Assembly (NCBI GenBank): GCA_963799485.1
Contig: CAWCXJ010000007.1
Span: 320,001-384,000 of the forward strand
Direction of reading: 5' to 3'
DNA length: 64,000 nt
Source: an uncultured Trueperaceae bacterium
GTDB taxonomy: Bacteria > Deinococcota > Deinococci > Deinococcales > Trueperaceae
A program made the translations under genes and the position numbers. Positions 10,767-21,424 of the stretch are shown in pieces (the first letter of the stretch is position 1; every line of letters begins with the position of its first letter). Below the pieces are notes generated by a model. That model saw only the letters and a program-made list of their open reading frames with translations. It made no database searches and was not told the origin of the DNA.

Positions 10767-11882
10767 CTATTGGTCTCCGCTTAAGCCGAGTTCTTGCCTC
10801 AGCGCGTAGACCTCATCGGAACTCAGGCCGGCGTCACGCACAGGCGTGATGTCCGCAGCAGTATAGGGTTGAAAGTTTTGCAGCGCGTCGGCGTTGCCCC
10901 AGGCATTTGAAGCGTAGTTGAGAACGTTGGCGATATCCTCGTCTGAAAGCTGTTGCCATGCGGGCATAACGCCGTTATAGGTCTGACCTTGAACCTGGAT
11001 TTCCCCCTGCAAACCGTACAAAAGGAGGTTGATAAGGTAGCTGCGGTCGGCGTTGTAAAGTACCGGAACGTGACCTGCAAGGGGCGGAAACGCGCCCGCA
11101 ACGCCCTGCCCGGTCGCTTGATGACACGCAGCGCAGTTAGCCGTGTAAACTGCTTCGCCGGCACTCAAGTCCAGCTGAGCGGGTTGAGCCTGACCGGCTT
11201 GGGCTTGCGTGGGTTGCGCAGGTGACGACGCGGCCTGCTGCGGTTGCGCGGGTTGTTGGGCCGGTGGTTGAGTAGGTTGCGCCTGAGCCTGCTGAGCCGT
11301 ATTTGCCGGTGCTGTACTTGCGGGGGTAGCAGGTGCCGCTAGCGCTTCGGTGATGGGGCCGAGTCCCCTTTCGGCAACGAGGGAAATCGCCTCGTCAATA
11401 GGAATGCGGGCTGTTTGTTCCCCTTCGTTCGGCGCCGTAACGCTTATCGCGTTGGTCGCCTCGAGCAGCGTCCTTTGATACTGCGTTTCGTCAGCCGGGG
11501 TGTAGCGGCCCTGAGGGCCGCTCGAGGCCAGCGTCAAGATAAAAACGATCAGCGCGACGCCGGCGACGTTGCTGGCGATAAACAGGTTGCGTAACCCCTT
11601 GGGCGAGATCAGGTAATTGCGCGCTTTGGGTGCGTGCGTCTCTTCTGCCGGTTCCGGGATAACGCGGGCGACTTTAGCGTTATCTTCGGGCCGGGTTAGC
11701 GGGCGACTTTGCCTCTCCTCGGCGTCGAGCTTGGCTTGACCAGAAACACCGGCTTCGTCTTCGGCGATATTTTCTCGGTCGTCCTGCGTCTTCTGGTTAG
11801 GTCGCAGGTCTTCAGCTTCGCGCTGCACTTCTTTTGGATCGTCGCCGGGATTGTGATTCTTGGCGTTATGTTTATCAGTCAT
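10767..11882 (-). CDS. ActG-like membrane subunit fused to a cytochrome c552-like domain
   Basis: TM helix + RIPIDEAISLVAERGL (ActG-like), Gln/Pro/Ala linker, CAACH...GAFPPLAGH...YGLQG...NGVMP. Confidence 0.8.
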   Translation of the reverse strand: MTDKHNAKNHNPGDDPKEVQREAEDLRPNQKTQDDRENIAEDEAGVSGQAKLDAEERQSRPLTRPEDNAKVARVIPEPAEETHAPKARNYLISPKGLRNLFIASNVAGVALIVFILTLASSGPQGRYTPADETQYQRTLLEATNAISVTAPNEGEQTARIPIDEAISLVAERGLGPITEALAAPATPASTAPANTAQQAQAQPTQPPAQQPAQPQQAASSPAQPTQAQAGQAQPAQLDLSAGEAVYTANCAACHQATGQGVAGAFPPLAGHVPVLYNADRSYLINLLLYGLQGEIQVQGQTYNGVMPAWQQLSDEDIANVLNYASNAWGNADALQNFQPYTAADITPVRDAGLSSDEVYALRQELGLSGDQ

Positions 11883-13074
11883 GGGCAGCTGCTCCCATCA
11901 GCTCGGGTTCGATACGTGGGTCGTGGGCGGGTAGGATTGAAGTCGACTTGAGCCGCCGGAAAAAGAAGCTCAACCAGATGCCGCCGAACGCCAAGATAAG
12001 CGCAACGTCAAGCAACCTAAAGGCGCTGCCGGGTCGTTCGAAGGTCGGGACGATAATCCAGTAGATGTCTACGATTCGCATCAAGATCATCCAGCCGGCT
12101 ATCCACACGAGCGCGCGGCCCTTTTGTTTGACCCAGCGAGAAAACAAGATTATGAAGGGGGCGATAAAGTGAAAGAGAAGCAGAAACGAGCTGACCCAGA
12201 CCCAACCGGACTCGAGGCGCGTTACGTACCAGGTGTTCGTTTCAACGACGTTGTTCGACCAGAGAATAATCAGCTGCGACATCTGCACGTAGGCCCAGAA
12301 CATCGTAAACGCCATTAAAAAGTTGCCGTAATCTTGGAGGCGGGCTGCGTTTAAGACTTTGGGCAGCGGTTCGACCTCCTGAAAGCTGACGAGCAGCAAG
12401 ATCAGGAGCGACACAGCGCTGATCAGCTGACCGATCATAAAAATGACGCCGTACATCCCCGAAAACCACTCCGGCGTCAGCGACATCCCCCAGTCGAACG
12501 CCGCAAAGGTCATCGTCACGACAAACATCAGCACGCCGAGTGCGCCCGCATTCTTCATCTGCTGGGTCATCCCCGGATCGCCCGCGTCTTGCCGCTTCGA
12601 CCAACCCTGAAAAAGCCGAACGAGAATGCCCCAGGTGGCAAAGTAGATGACGGTTCGGACGATAAAGAAGGGGATATTGAGATAGCCCGTTTTGAGTTCA
12701 ACGAAGGGGTGCGTTGCGACGTAAGCCGGGTCGGTCCACACATACAGGCTTCTCAGACCGAGGAGGATGGGGATTACTAAAACTGCCATCATAAAGATGT
12801 TGCTTGCCCCCGCCTCTAAAAAGCGTCGTGCGATGGCACCCCAAGGGCCGCCCGCTAAGTGCTGAAGCATCAGCAGCGCGAGGCAACCGAGTGTCAGCCC
12901 GATCCAGAAGAAAAAACCGACCAGATACGACTGGAAAAAAGCGGTAAGGCCGCCACTAAGCGGCACGAGGATAACGGCTAAAACGAGCCCTAGGACGCCG
13001 ACAACCGTGGCGAGGCTTTGAGCACGCCCGAGGCGCGCCTGATATGATTCGGAAGAAGTATCGGTGCGGCTCAC
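11875..13074 (-). CDS. actF: Alternative complex III subunit F
   Basis: About 10 TM helices, FDWGMSLTPEWFS, FWAYVQMSQLIILW. Confidence 0.9.
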   Translation of the reverse strand: MSRTDTSSESYQARLGRAQSLATVVGVLGLVLAVILVPLSGGLTAFFQSYLVGFFFWIGLTLGCLALLMLQHLAGGPWGAIARRFLEAGASNIFMMAVLVIPILLGLRSLYVWTDPAYVATHPFVELKTGYLNIPFFIVRTVIYFATWGILVRLFQGWSKRQDAGDPGMTQQMKNAGALGVLMFVVTMTFAAFDWGMSLTPEWFSGMYGVIFMIGQLISAVSLLILLLVSFQEVEPLPKVLNAARLQDYGNFLMAFTMFWAYVQMSQLIILWSNNVVETNTWYVTRLESGWVWVSSFLLLFHFIAPFIILFSRWVKQKGRALVWIAGWMILMRIVDIYWIIVPTFERPGSAFRLLDVALILAFGGIWLSFFFRRLKSTSILPAHDPRIEPELMGAAAHD

Positions 13075-13718
13075 TAATCGGCTCCTTCGGTGTTGGCAGC
13101 AACCCGGTCGGTATTTTGGTCGGTGTTCTGTGCAGTTGTCGATGTTTGGTCCGTAGCAGCTTGCGTGAGCTGTTGCCGCACGTTTTCGGGTAGGTCGGCG
13201 ATGGGGGCGTTTTGGGAGTACTGGAGCGTCTTGATATAGGCTGAAATGGCCCAGCGGTCTTCGGGAGGAACCCTCGAGGCGTACGAGTACATCCGCCCAA
13301 AACCGTTGGTGATCGTATTAAAAAAGTAACCGACGGGGGCAGCCTGTAAACGTGGGTCGTGAAACGAGGTCGGCTGAACGAACCCTTTTTGAACGATCAT
13401 CCCGCGTCCGTTGCCCGAATAGTTGTGGCACGGTGCGCAGTAGATATTGTAGCGCTCCTGACCGCGTTTCAAGACGGCTTCAGTCACGTCCATCGGGACT
13501 TCGGTGACGAGGCCGTTGGCGTCTTGTCCGGTAAAGAAAACTTCATCGATAGCCCCGCGGCTCCGCGACACGGTGCCGTCGACCAGCGGCCTCGAGGAAG
13601 CCCCGTCAGCGAAAAGTAGCGAAGGCTCGTCTTCTTGGTATTTGGCTTGTTCGTACATGTTGCGCCCACAGCCGGTAAGCACTAGCAGCAGGGCCGCGAT
13701 AAAAAGTAACCGCGTCAT
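13074..13718 (-). CDS. actE: Alternative complex III subunit E (monoheme c lipoprotein)
   Basis: Lipobox LTGC, RGQERYNIYCAPCH, DRWAISAYIK. Confidence 0.92.
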   Translation of the reverse strand: MTRLLFIAALLLVLTGCGRNMYEQAKYQEDEPSLLFADGASSRPLVDGTVSRSRGAIDEVFFTGQDANGLVTEVPMDVTEAVLKRGQERYNIYCAPCHNYSGNGRGMIVQKGFVQPTSFHDPRLQAAPVGYFFNTITNGFGRMYSYASRVPPEDRWAISAYIKTLQYSQNAPIADLPENVRQQLTQAATDQTSTTAQNTDQNTDRVAANTEGAD

Positions 13719-13719
13719 C

Positions 13720-14298
13720 TTAAACCTCGACCTTGGAAACGCGGAGTGGGCCCAGCGCCCTCAAGAACTCGCCGGTTTCGTCTGCGTCGAACTTTTCGTC
13801 GGTTGCCTCGATACAGAGAAAAAAGTGGTCGCGGGTTGCCGCCCCGAAGTTCGGTGTATTGAAAATAGAGTGGTAGGGCTGCGGCAAACCGTTACGGGCG
13901 AGCATAAAAAGTCCGGCGGTAAAGGCGGCGAAAAGAATCGTAGATTCAAACGTAATCACGATGAAGTTGGGCCACGAGTTGAGCGGTTTGCCGCCGATAT
14001 TGAGCGGGTAAAAGATGGCGTTGGCATAGTACTGCATGGCAAACGCGGCGAGACCGCCTGTAATTCCCATAAAAAGGACGAACCAACCCAAACGGGTATT
14101 GGTCATGCCCAAGGCTTCGTCGAGTCCGTTGACCGGGAAAGGGGTATAGGCGTCCATCTTTTTGTAACCTGCTTCACGGGCCTGGTTTGCGGCGTCGATC
14201 ACCGCTTCGGGCGTATCGAACTCGGCGACGACGCCGTACAGGTCGGTGTTCGCGTCGGGAGCCGCTGCTAGCGGTTTAACGTCGATGTGCGTAGTCAT
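13720..14298 (-). CDS. actD: Alternative complex III subunit D (DUF3341)
   Basis: DAYTPFPV, IGGKPLNSWP, ITFE; two TM helices. Confidence 0.92.
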   Translation of the reverse strand: MTTHIDVKPLAAAPDANTDLYGVVAEFDTPEAVIDAANQAREAGYKKMDAYTPFPVNGLDEALGMTNTRLGWFVLFMGITGGLAAFAMQYYANAIFYPLNIGGKPLNSWPNFIVITFESTILFAAFTAGLFMLARNGLPQPYHSIFNTPNFGAATRDHFFLCIEATDEKFDADETGEFLRALGPLRVSKVEV

Positions 14299-15710
14299 CA
14301 GCCCACCTCCCCGGGCATAGCTTCATGGGTGCCGCCGTGATGTTTGTCGTGGTGAACCAGCTCCTTGATTTCCGAGGTGGCAATCGACGGGAGCAGACGG
14401 ATAAAGACGAACCAGAGCGACAAAAAGAGACCCATCGAGCCGATAAAGAGCGACCAGTCGAATACGGTAGGGTAATAGTTGCCCCAGGAAGAGGGTAAAA
14501 AGTCGCGGGTCAGGGTGATGGCGACGATGACGTAGCGCTCGAGCCACATTCCCACCGATACAATCAGCGCGATCACAAACAAGGCTACGTTCGACTGCCG
14601 GACGCGCTTAAACCAAAGGGGCTGAATAGCAAGTCCGTTACAGATAATCAGCGCCCAAAATGCCCAGGCGTAGTCGCCGAAGACGCGGTTATACGCCATA
14701 AACCGTTCGTACTCAACGCCCGAATACCAGGCGATAAAGAGCTCGATGATGTAGCCGTAAAGTACGATCATGCCGGTGGCGAACATGACCTTGGCGCAGT
14801 TGTCGAGGTGCTTTTTGGTGATAAGACCCTCGAGCCCAAACGCCCGCCGGAGCGGAATCCCCAAAATCAGCACCATTGCAAACCCGGCGTAAACAGCCCC
14901 GGCGACGAAGTAGGGCGGCGCGATGGTGTTGTTCCAACCCGGCAGCTGCGCGACGGCGAAGTCCATGGCAATCGTCGAGTGAACCGACAACACCAACGGC
15001 GTTGATAGGGCCGCCAATAAGAGGTAGGCCCGCTGATAGCGCTGCCAGTGTTTGGCCGAACCGCGCCAGCCGAGCGCCAGCGTGCCGTAAAAGAGGCGAG
15101 GGAAAACGTGGGTGGCTTTATCGCGCATCGAAGCCAAATCGGGAACCAGCCCGATAAACCAGAACAGCGCCGAAACCGAAGCGTAGGTCGAAATAGCAAA
15201 CACGTCCCAGTCGAGCGGACTGCGAAACTGCGGCCAGAGGCCGTAAGTGTTCGGGTAGGGGAAAAGCCAGTAGAAGAGCCACGGACGCCCCAGGTGTAAA
15301 ATCGGCCCGAGACCCGCAACAACAACGGCAAAGAGTGTCATCGCCTCGGCAAAGCGGTTGATCGAGGTGCGCCAGTCCTGCCTAAAAAGAAGCAAAATTG
15401 CCGAAATAAGCGTTCCGGCGTGACCGATACCGATCCACCAGACGAAGTTGATGATCGGGAAAGCCCAGGCGACGGGGATATTGTTCCCGAAAATGCCGGT
15501 TCCGCGGATGATCAGCGTAACGACCGTGTAGAGCCACAGCATCAGCAAAACAAACCCGATCGCAAACCCCAAAAACCACCAGCGCGGGGTGCGCGTTGGA
15601 TTTCTAAAAATCGGACGGGTGACCACATCATCGACGCCGCCGTAAGACTGTCCCGGAGCGATCACCCGGTTGGTTTCCTGAACCCGCCGCCGTCTCGGTT
15701 GAACAGCCAT
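14298..15710 (-). CDS. actC: Alternative complex III subunit C (NrfD/PsrC family)
   Basis: NFVWWIGIGHAGTLISAIL, HLGRPW, FRSPLDWDVFAISTY; start ATG 15710 overlapping the actB stop. Confidence 0.95.
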   Translation of the reverse strand: MAVQPRRRRVQETNRVIAPGQSYGGVDDVVTRPIFRNPTRTPRWWFLGFAIGFVLLMLWLYTVVTLIIRGTGIFGNNIPVAWAFPIINFVWWIGIGHAGTLISAILLLFRQDWRTSINRFAEAMTLFAVVVAGLGPILHLGRPWLFYWLFPYPNTYGLWPQFRSPLDWDVFAISTYASVSALFWFIGLVPDLASMRDKATHVFPRLFYGTLALGWRGSAKHWQRYQRAYLLLAALSTPLVLSVHSTIAMDFAVAQLPGWNNTIAPPYFVAGAVYAGFAMVLILGIPLRRAFGLEGLITKKHLDNCAKVMFATGMIVLYGYIIELFIAWYSGVEYERFMAYNRVFGDYAWAFWALIICNGLAIQPLWFKRVRQSNVALFVIALIVSVGMWLERYVIVAITLTRDFLPSSWGNYYPTVFDWSLFIGSMGLFLSLWFVFIRLLPSIATSEIKELVHHDKHHGGTHEAMPGEVG

Positions 15711-18700
15711 CAGAGTTCTCCTGTCGTCTCGGTTCCGGCTTCGGCTAGAGCCGGGTTCGGATTGCTGAGCTTTGCCAGATAAGTTGTGCGCGGCTGCGTA
15801 TTGAGTTCGGTCAGTACACCGTAGTTTAGGACTGAACGCTTGGCAGCGACGACTGTACTCTCTTCGTTGTTGAGGTCGCCGAAGATGATGGCGTTGGTAG
15901 GACACGCGCCTTGACAGGCGGTCACAACCTCACCAGGGCGGATGGGGCGGCGTTCGTTGCCGGCGTAGATGTTCGCTTTACGGATACGCTGAATGCAGTA
16001 GGTGCACTTTTCCATGACCCCACGGCTCCGCACCGTGACTTGGGGATTGGCGAGCATCGCCAGACTGGTCTCCTCGAGTTCGCTGTACTGCAAGAAGTTA
16101 AAACGGCGCACCTTGTAAGGGCAGTTGTTCGAGCAGTAGCGGGTACCAACGCAGCGGTTATAGATCATCACGTTGAGACCCTCGTAGTCGTGAACTGTCG
16201 CGCCGACCGGACAGACGGGTTCGCACGGCGCTTGCTCGCACATCTGACACGCCATCGGCATACTGTAAAAAGTCGGGTCGTCAATGCTACCGGAGTAGTA
16301 GGCGTCGACGCGAATCCAGTGCATCTCGCGGCCTACTGCCACCTGGTCTTTACCGACGATCGGGATGTTGTTTTCGGACTGACAGGCGATGACGCAGGCG
16401 TTACACGAGGTGCAGACGTTCATATCGATGACCATGCCCCACTTGTTACCGGGGTAGCTGTAGTCGGCGTAGAGGTCAGATTCGACTTCTGGAACGGGAT
16501 TGACAAAACTTGGCTCTTCGGGTTCTGCGACAAGTTCGGCTAGCGTGCCGTACCGGACAATATGGCGGTTCTCGACCCCTTTGGTGTCGAGCGAGAAGTG
16601 CATCTGGGTGCTGACGAGGTTGTAGCGGGCCCCGGTCGGAGTCAGCTGTGCGCCCGTAGCGTGCCAGTAGGCCGCGGAGGTGCGAAGGGTGTTTACGTCA
16701 AACCCAACGCCGGTACCGATATGTCCGGCGTTCTCGCGGCCATAGCCGGTATGTAAAACGACGAGGTTGTCCGCTTGACCGGGCACCAGCCAGATGGGCA
16801 GCTCGAGGTTTCTTTGCCCCACGGTGACGCGCACCATATCGCCGTTACTGAGCCCCCGGCGTTCGGCTAAGGCCGGCGCGATCAAAGCGGCGTTGTCCCA
16901 GGTGAGTTTGGTAAACGGTTTGGGCAGTTCTTGCAACCAGCCGTTGTTGCTGTAGCGACCGTCCAAGATACTCGGGTCGAGCCTGAAAGCGACCTCGAGC
17001 CCCTCCCCCTCACCTGCGGGCGCAACCTGCGTTGCTGGTGCTGCGAGTGCGTCCGCCTGAAGCGTGAGCTGAGCCAGCGGCGCGTAACCCGTTCCCTTCA
17101 CGGCACCTAGATAGACCGTCTGCCGCCAGAAGTCGTCGAAGTTATCGACTTGATCGCGGTAGGTCGCTTGCACCAGCTCGAGCGGACTCGAGTCGGTGTC
17201 GCCCAAGATGGCGGCGAGTACCCGGTGCGACGAAATGCCGTTATAAAACGGGTCGATAAGCTGCTGCATAATCGTCGCCGTACCGTCGAAGGCGCGTGCG
17301 TCGCTCCAGGTCTCGAGTTCATGTGTTTGCGGCACGTGCCAGGTCGAGAGCGCGGAGGTTTCGTCCTGATACAAACTGAGGTGGGCGCTAAAGGGGACGT
17401 TCGTCAAGGCCTGGGCGAAGTCCAGATCGGCGGGGGCGGCGTAGACCGGATTACCGCCCAGCATCAGCAAAACCTGGACGTTGCCGTTACTGACCGCTTC
17501 GGTCAGCGTGCGAAGCGACTCGAGCGGGTCGTTCGGTCGCAGCTCTACTGGTTCGGTGTAAAAAACAGTCGTCCCGACGCTTCCGAGTGCGGCGTTCATC
17601 GCGTGGGCGAGCACGTGGACTTCAGCGGGTTGTTCGGCCCCGGCGACGACCACGCAGCGACCGTTCGCGCTTTGCAGGTCTTCGACGAGCGCTTGAGTCC
17701 AGGCCGCCGTAAGTCCTTCCGGAGCCTCACCCACGGCACCCTGAAGCCCGAGTTGGGCGCCGATGTGACGCGCCGCTGCTACAACCTGGGTGGGTCTTAA
17801 AACGACGCGGTGATCGGCCATGCCGCTGGTGATCGTGGGTGTGACCGCGAGGGCGTAAACGCGGTTCATCGTGTCGTCGGCGCTGCGTACCCGGCGGCGT
17901 TCTGAAAAACCTTTGTTATAGGCGAGTTGTCCCGGCCCCGGCCCGAGGAAGTCGGCGTCTAAAGACAACACCACGTCGGCGTTGGCAAAGTCGTAGCGTG
18001 TCTGCACGGGTCGTCCGAACGCTTGCACGGCGCCCGCATGAGCACCTGTTTGTAATCCGTCGAACTGGTGCCACTGCGCCTGCGGGTACTGACGTAACAC
18101 CTCGGCGAGCTGCCGCGCCAGCGTCGGTGAGGTTACGGTCTCGCTCAGGATGTGAAACCCGGCCCCGCCCCGAAGCCCGGCAAGTGCGGTAGTAAAAACC
18201 CGCATGAACTCGTCGAAACTGCTTTCGTTACCACCACTGACGACAAATTGCGAACGGTCGGGGTCGTAAAGCGCCAGCGTATTGGCCTGCATGTAGGGGC
18301 TCGAGCTACCTAAACTGTCGGGATGGTCGGGGTTGCCCTCGACCTTGATGGGGCGGCCCTGAACAGTTTCCATCAGCACCCCCTGGGCGTAACCACCGTA
18401 AGTCAGCGCCGAGGCAAAATAAAGGGGTTCGTCGGGGACGATCTCTTCGGGCGCTCTAACGTAGGGGGCGAACTTGTCTTGCTGATAGGGGCGTACACAC
18501 GAGGTCAGACCGGCGAGCGCCAGCGACGCACCCAGAAGCTTGATAAACCTGCGCCGGTCGAGCGAGCTTTCTAGCGGCGCAGCCTGACGCGGAAACTCTT
18601 TCGTTAAAAACTCTTCAAATTCAGGAGTCTCGGCGAGTTCTTCTAAGCTGCGCCAATAGGCTGGACCTTTTTGCGACTCCAACCGCGTGCGGATTTGAGC

Positions 18701-18775
18701 TAGATCGAGCGGCTTGACGGGGGTCGTAGTATCTGATGTGTCTGATTGTGTGTCCAAAATAGGTTCCGTCCTCAT
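15710..18775 (-). CDS. actB: Alternative complex III subunit B (molybdopterin-oxidoreductase-like + Fe-S domains)
   Basis: YWRSLEEL, TAT-like RRRFIK, EGNPDHP, CTSCNAC, CQMCEQAPC, CVGTRYCSNNCPY, EKCTYC; start ATG 18775. Confidence 0.95.
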   Translation of the reverse strand: MRTEPILDTQSDTSDTTTPVKPLDLAQIRTRLESQKGPAYWRSLEELAETPEFEEFLTKEFPRQAAPLESSLDRRRFIKLLGASLALAGLTSCVRPYQQDKFAPYVRAPEEIVPDEPLYFASALTYGGYAQGVLMETVQGRPIKVEGNPDHPDSLGSSSPYMQANTLALYDPDRSQFVVSGGNESSFDEFMRVFTTALAGLRGGAGFHILSETVTSPTLARQLAEVLRQYPQAQWHQFDGLQTGAHAGAVQAFGRPVQTRYDFANADVVLSLDADFLGPGPGQLAYNKGFSERRRVRSADDTMNRVYALAVTPTITSGMADHRVVLRPTQVVAAARHIGAQLGLQGAVGEAPEGLTAAWTQALVEDLQSANGRCVVVAGAEQPAEVHVLAHAMNAALGSVGTTVFYTEPVELRPNDPLESLRTLTEAVSNGNVQVLLMLGGNPVYAAPADLDFAQALTNVPFSAHLSLYQDETSALSTWHVPQTHELETWSDARAFDGTATIMQQLIDPFYNGISSHRVLAAILGDTDSSPLELVQATYRDQVDNFDDFWRQTVYLGAVKGTGYAPLAQLTLQADALAAPATQVAPAGEGEGLEVAFRLDPSILDGRYSNNGWLQELPKPFTKLTWDNAALIAPALAERRGLSNGDMVRVTVGQRNLELPIWLVPGQADNLVVLHTGYGRENAGHIGTGVGFDVNTLRTSAAYWHATGAQLTPTGARYNLVSTQMHFSLDTKGVENRHIVRYGTLAELVAEPEEPSFVNPVPEVESDLYADYSYPGNKWGMVIDMNVCTSCNACVIACQSENNIPIVGKDQVAVGREMHWIRVDAYYSGSIDDPTFYSMPMACQMCEQAPCEPVCPVGATVHDYEGLNVMIYNRCVGTRYCSNNCPYKVRRFNFLQYSELEETSLAMLANPQVTVRSRGVMEKCTYCIQRIRKANIYAGNERRPIRPGEVVTACQGACPTNAIIFGDLNNEESTVVAAKRSVLNYGVLTELNTQPRTTYLAKLSNPNPALAEAGTETTGEL

Positions 18776-18785
18776 CCGTGGGATC

Positions 18786-19439
18786 TCAGCGGTGGCAGAT
18801 TGAGCAGTTGGCGAGCGCGTCGGCGTTGATGTTATAGGCCTTGACAAGTCTGCGGCCTAACTCGAGCTGGTTCTCAGGGGGTTCATACGCCATATTAAAG
18901 ACCTCTTCGCGGGGCCGAATATATTTTGCCGGGGCGCGGTGGCATTCCAGACACCAGCCCATCGTTTGTGGCTGCGCCTTCCAGATCGCCGACATCTGAT
19001 CGACGCGCCCGTGACAGTAACTACACCCGACGCCGTTATTAATATGCGCGCCGTGATTGAAATAAACGAAGTCGGCAAGGTCGTGAACGCGGTTCCAGAC
19101 GATTGGCGTTCCTGTCTCCCAACTTTCGTAAACCGCCGAAAGCTGCGGCGCGCCAACGCGAATTTGCGAGTGACAGGTCATACAGACTTCGGTCGGGGGG
19201 ATATTTGAATACGCCGCAACCTCGACCGAGTAGTGACAGTAGCGGCAGTCGAGGCCGAGTTCACCGGCGTGCAGCGAGTGCTGAAAGCCCACGGGTTGTG
19301 CGACCGGCACCCCGACACGGTTTCTGTCGGTACGGGCAAAAACGACGAGCGCGGTAACAAGCGCAACAACAAATACGATCCCGCCGATAACGCTCCATTT
19401 GGCGAAGGTGTTCGAGTTGGGAGGCAAAATTTGCGGCAT
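18786..19439 (-). CDS. actA: Alternative complex III subunit A (pentaheme cytochrome c)
   Basis: One TM helix and five CxxCH motifs (CRYCH, CMTCH, CSYCH, CLECH, CSICH). Confidence 0.95.
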   Translation of the reverse strand: MPQILPPNSNTFAKWSVIGGIVFVVALVTALVVFARTDRNRVGVPVAQPVGFQHSLHAGELGLDCRYCHYSVEVAAYSNIPPTEVCMTCHSQIRVGAPQLSAVYESWETGTPIVWNRVHDLADFVYFNHGAHINNGVGCSYCHGRVDQMSAIWKAQPQTMGWCLECHRAPAKYIRPREEVFNMAYEPPENQLELGRRLVKAYNINADALANCSICHR

Positions 19440-19959
19440 TTAAGAGACCGTCCTAACGTCTGGATACGCCTGCCGACCGGCGGCTGGGGTGAGGGGCTGC
19501 AGCGTCACAAAAATAACACCTTTCATAAGGAGCATTATAGCCGGATTAAGAGCTTCTGAAACGGGTGAGGTCGCCACCGTTGCCGGTACGTTGACGGGAG
19601 TGCCCTCGGACACGGATGGCTTCAAGGCGTTGTAAGGTTGCAGTCGTGACACAGCCAGAGTCGTGAGTATGTCAACACCCCTTCCTGCGGTATACCCTAC
19701 GTTTACGTTGCACGTTTATGTTGCAAGGTGACCCCGCTTTTGAGAAACCGCACTAGACAGCTTCCCGGTCGGGCAAAAGGCCACGAAAAACGATAGGCTA
19801 GACTAAATTACCACAAGCACAACCGGGCACCCCTGGGACGTTTGTCCTAAGCGTCCCCGACGTACTAAACCTGAATTTTGAATCAAGCTTGTGCGGGCAG
19901 TAACGGCGTATCGGGTCGGCGTCTCAGCAACTTGAGTGAGGATGGTATCTTTGGAAGCA

Positions 19960-20946
19960 GTGATAGATGAACATACCTTTACGCCCCCATCTACCAACAC
20001 CCATGCCGATCTGCTGCACGCCGTGCAGGTCTTGAAACGCGGCAAGGTCGTCGCTTTTCCTACCGAAACGGTCTATGGCCTCGGTGCGGACGCCGCGAAC
20101 GAACGTGCGGTTGGGCAGCTCTTTCGTCTTAAAGGTCGTCCGGCGAGTCACCCCGTCATCGTGCATCTGCCGAGCGCCGCGCATCTAGAAAGGTGGGCGA
20201 GAGCTATTCCTGAAACGGCGTGGCGTTTGGCTGAAGCATTTTGGCCGGGCCCACTGACGCTGATTCTAGCGCGGCAGCCGTGGGTCGGCGACGTTCTGAC
20301 CGGGGCTCAGACAACGGTGGGGGTGCGCGTCCCGGCGCATCCGGTAGCCCTGGAGTTGCTGGAGCGTTTCGGCGGCGGGGTCGCGGCACCCTCGGCGAAC
20401 CGTTTCGGTCGCATCTCGCCGACGACGGCTGAACACGTTCGGGCCGAGTTTGGCGACGCGCTGCCGATTCTCGACGGGGGGGCGGCGCAGGTCGGGCTCG
20501 AGTCCACCATTCTCGATTTGAGCGGGAGCGTCCCAAGGATTTTACGTCCCGGTGGTGTTGCTGCGGCAGCACTAGAAGAGGTGTTGCAGGTAGCCGTTTG
20601 GGGCGTGCCGGTGTCAACATCACCGCGCGTTTCGGGCAGCCTCAAAAGTCACTACGCGCCGCAGACCCCGGCCTTTTTGGTGGCAGATGCCGCAACGCGT
20701 AGCCAAGCCGCCGACGCCGTGCTAAGCCGCAAACCTCGGGCTTCGGTGTTGAGCAAGGTTTGGCTGACACTGCCGGACGACCCCGAAGCTTACGGTCGGG
20801 CGCTCTACGCTGCGCTCCGCGAACTCGACGCGTCCGGCGCGGCGCGCATCTTTATCGAAACTGTTCCCGACACCCCGGTTTGGGTGGCGGTTTGCGACCG
20901 TTTGGCTCGAGCCACCGCTTCGGCGTGGGAGGAAACTCGTGGCTGA
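19960..20946 (+). CDS. sua5: L-threonylcarbamoyladenylate synthase (Sua5/TsaC)
   Basis: [32 protein letters not shown] plus SUA5 C-domain; start uncertain (19936-19960). Confidence 0.93.
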   Translation: MIDEHTFTPPSTNTHADLLHAVQVLKRGKVVAFPTETVYGLGADAANERAVGQLFRLKGRPASHPVIVHLPSAAHLERWARAIPETAWRLAEAFWPGPLTLILARQPWVGDVLTGAQTTVGVRVPAHPVALELLERFGGGVAAPSANRFGRISPTTAEHVRAEFGDALPILDGGAAQVGLESTILDLSGSVPRILRPGGVAAAALEEVLQVAVWGVPVSTSPRVSGSLKSHYAPQTPAFLVADAATRSQAADAVLSRKPRASVLSKVWLTLPDDPEAYGRALYAALRELDASGAARIFIETVPDTPVWVAVCDRLARATASAWEETRG

Positions 20947-21424
20947 CGTACTAGTTGCCGTCGTAATGGGTAGCACCTCGGATTGGGAAACGATGCAGCA
21001 CGCCGACCGGGTGCTACAAGACTTCGGTGTGCCGCACCGCTGCGAGATCGTCTCGGCGCACCGCACGCCTGCCAGACTGACCACCTTTGCCGAAGGTGCC
21101 GTAAAAGCCGGATGCGAGGTCATTATCGCCGGGGCCGGGGGCGCGGCGCACCTGCCGGGGATGATTGCCGCGCAGACGCCGCTACCGGTACTCGGCGTGC
21201 CCGTAAAGAGCCACGCGCTAAACGGTCTCGATTCGCTTTTGTCGATCGTCCAGATGCCTGCGGGTGTCCCGGTCGGAACGCTGGCGATTGGACAGGCCGG
21301 GGCGACCAACGCGGGGCTGCTGGCGGTTGCTATCCTGGCAAACAGTCGTCCCGAACTGCGGGAAAAGCTAAACGCTTACCGCCAAGCTCAAACCGAGCGT
21401 GTACTTGGGGCTAAACTCCCATGA
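20939..21424 (+). CDS. purE: N5-CAIR mutase
   Basis: [29 protein letters not shown]. Confidence 0.97.
   Translation: MADVLVAVVMGSTSDWETMQHADRVLQDFGVPHRCEIVSAHRTPARLTTFAEGAVKAGCEVIIAGAGGAAHLPGMIAAQTPLPVLGVPVKSHALNGLDSLLSIVQMPAGVPVGTLAIGQAGATNAGLLAVAILANSRPELREKLNAYRQAQTERVLGAKLP

Noticed and set aside
15711..15905. Long N-terminal extensions given by the ORF track for actC (also actB, rpsG, rplX, adk, map)
   Set aside because: They overlap upstream genes; downstream starts fit the conserved N-termini.
19440..19652. 70-aa ORF upstream of actA
   Set aside because: No motif or clear RBS; probably 5' regulatory sequence.
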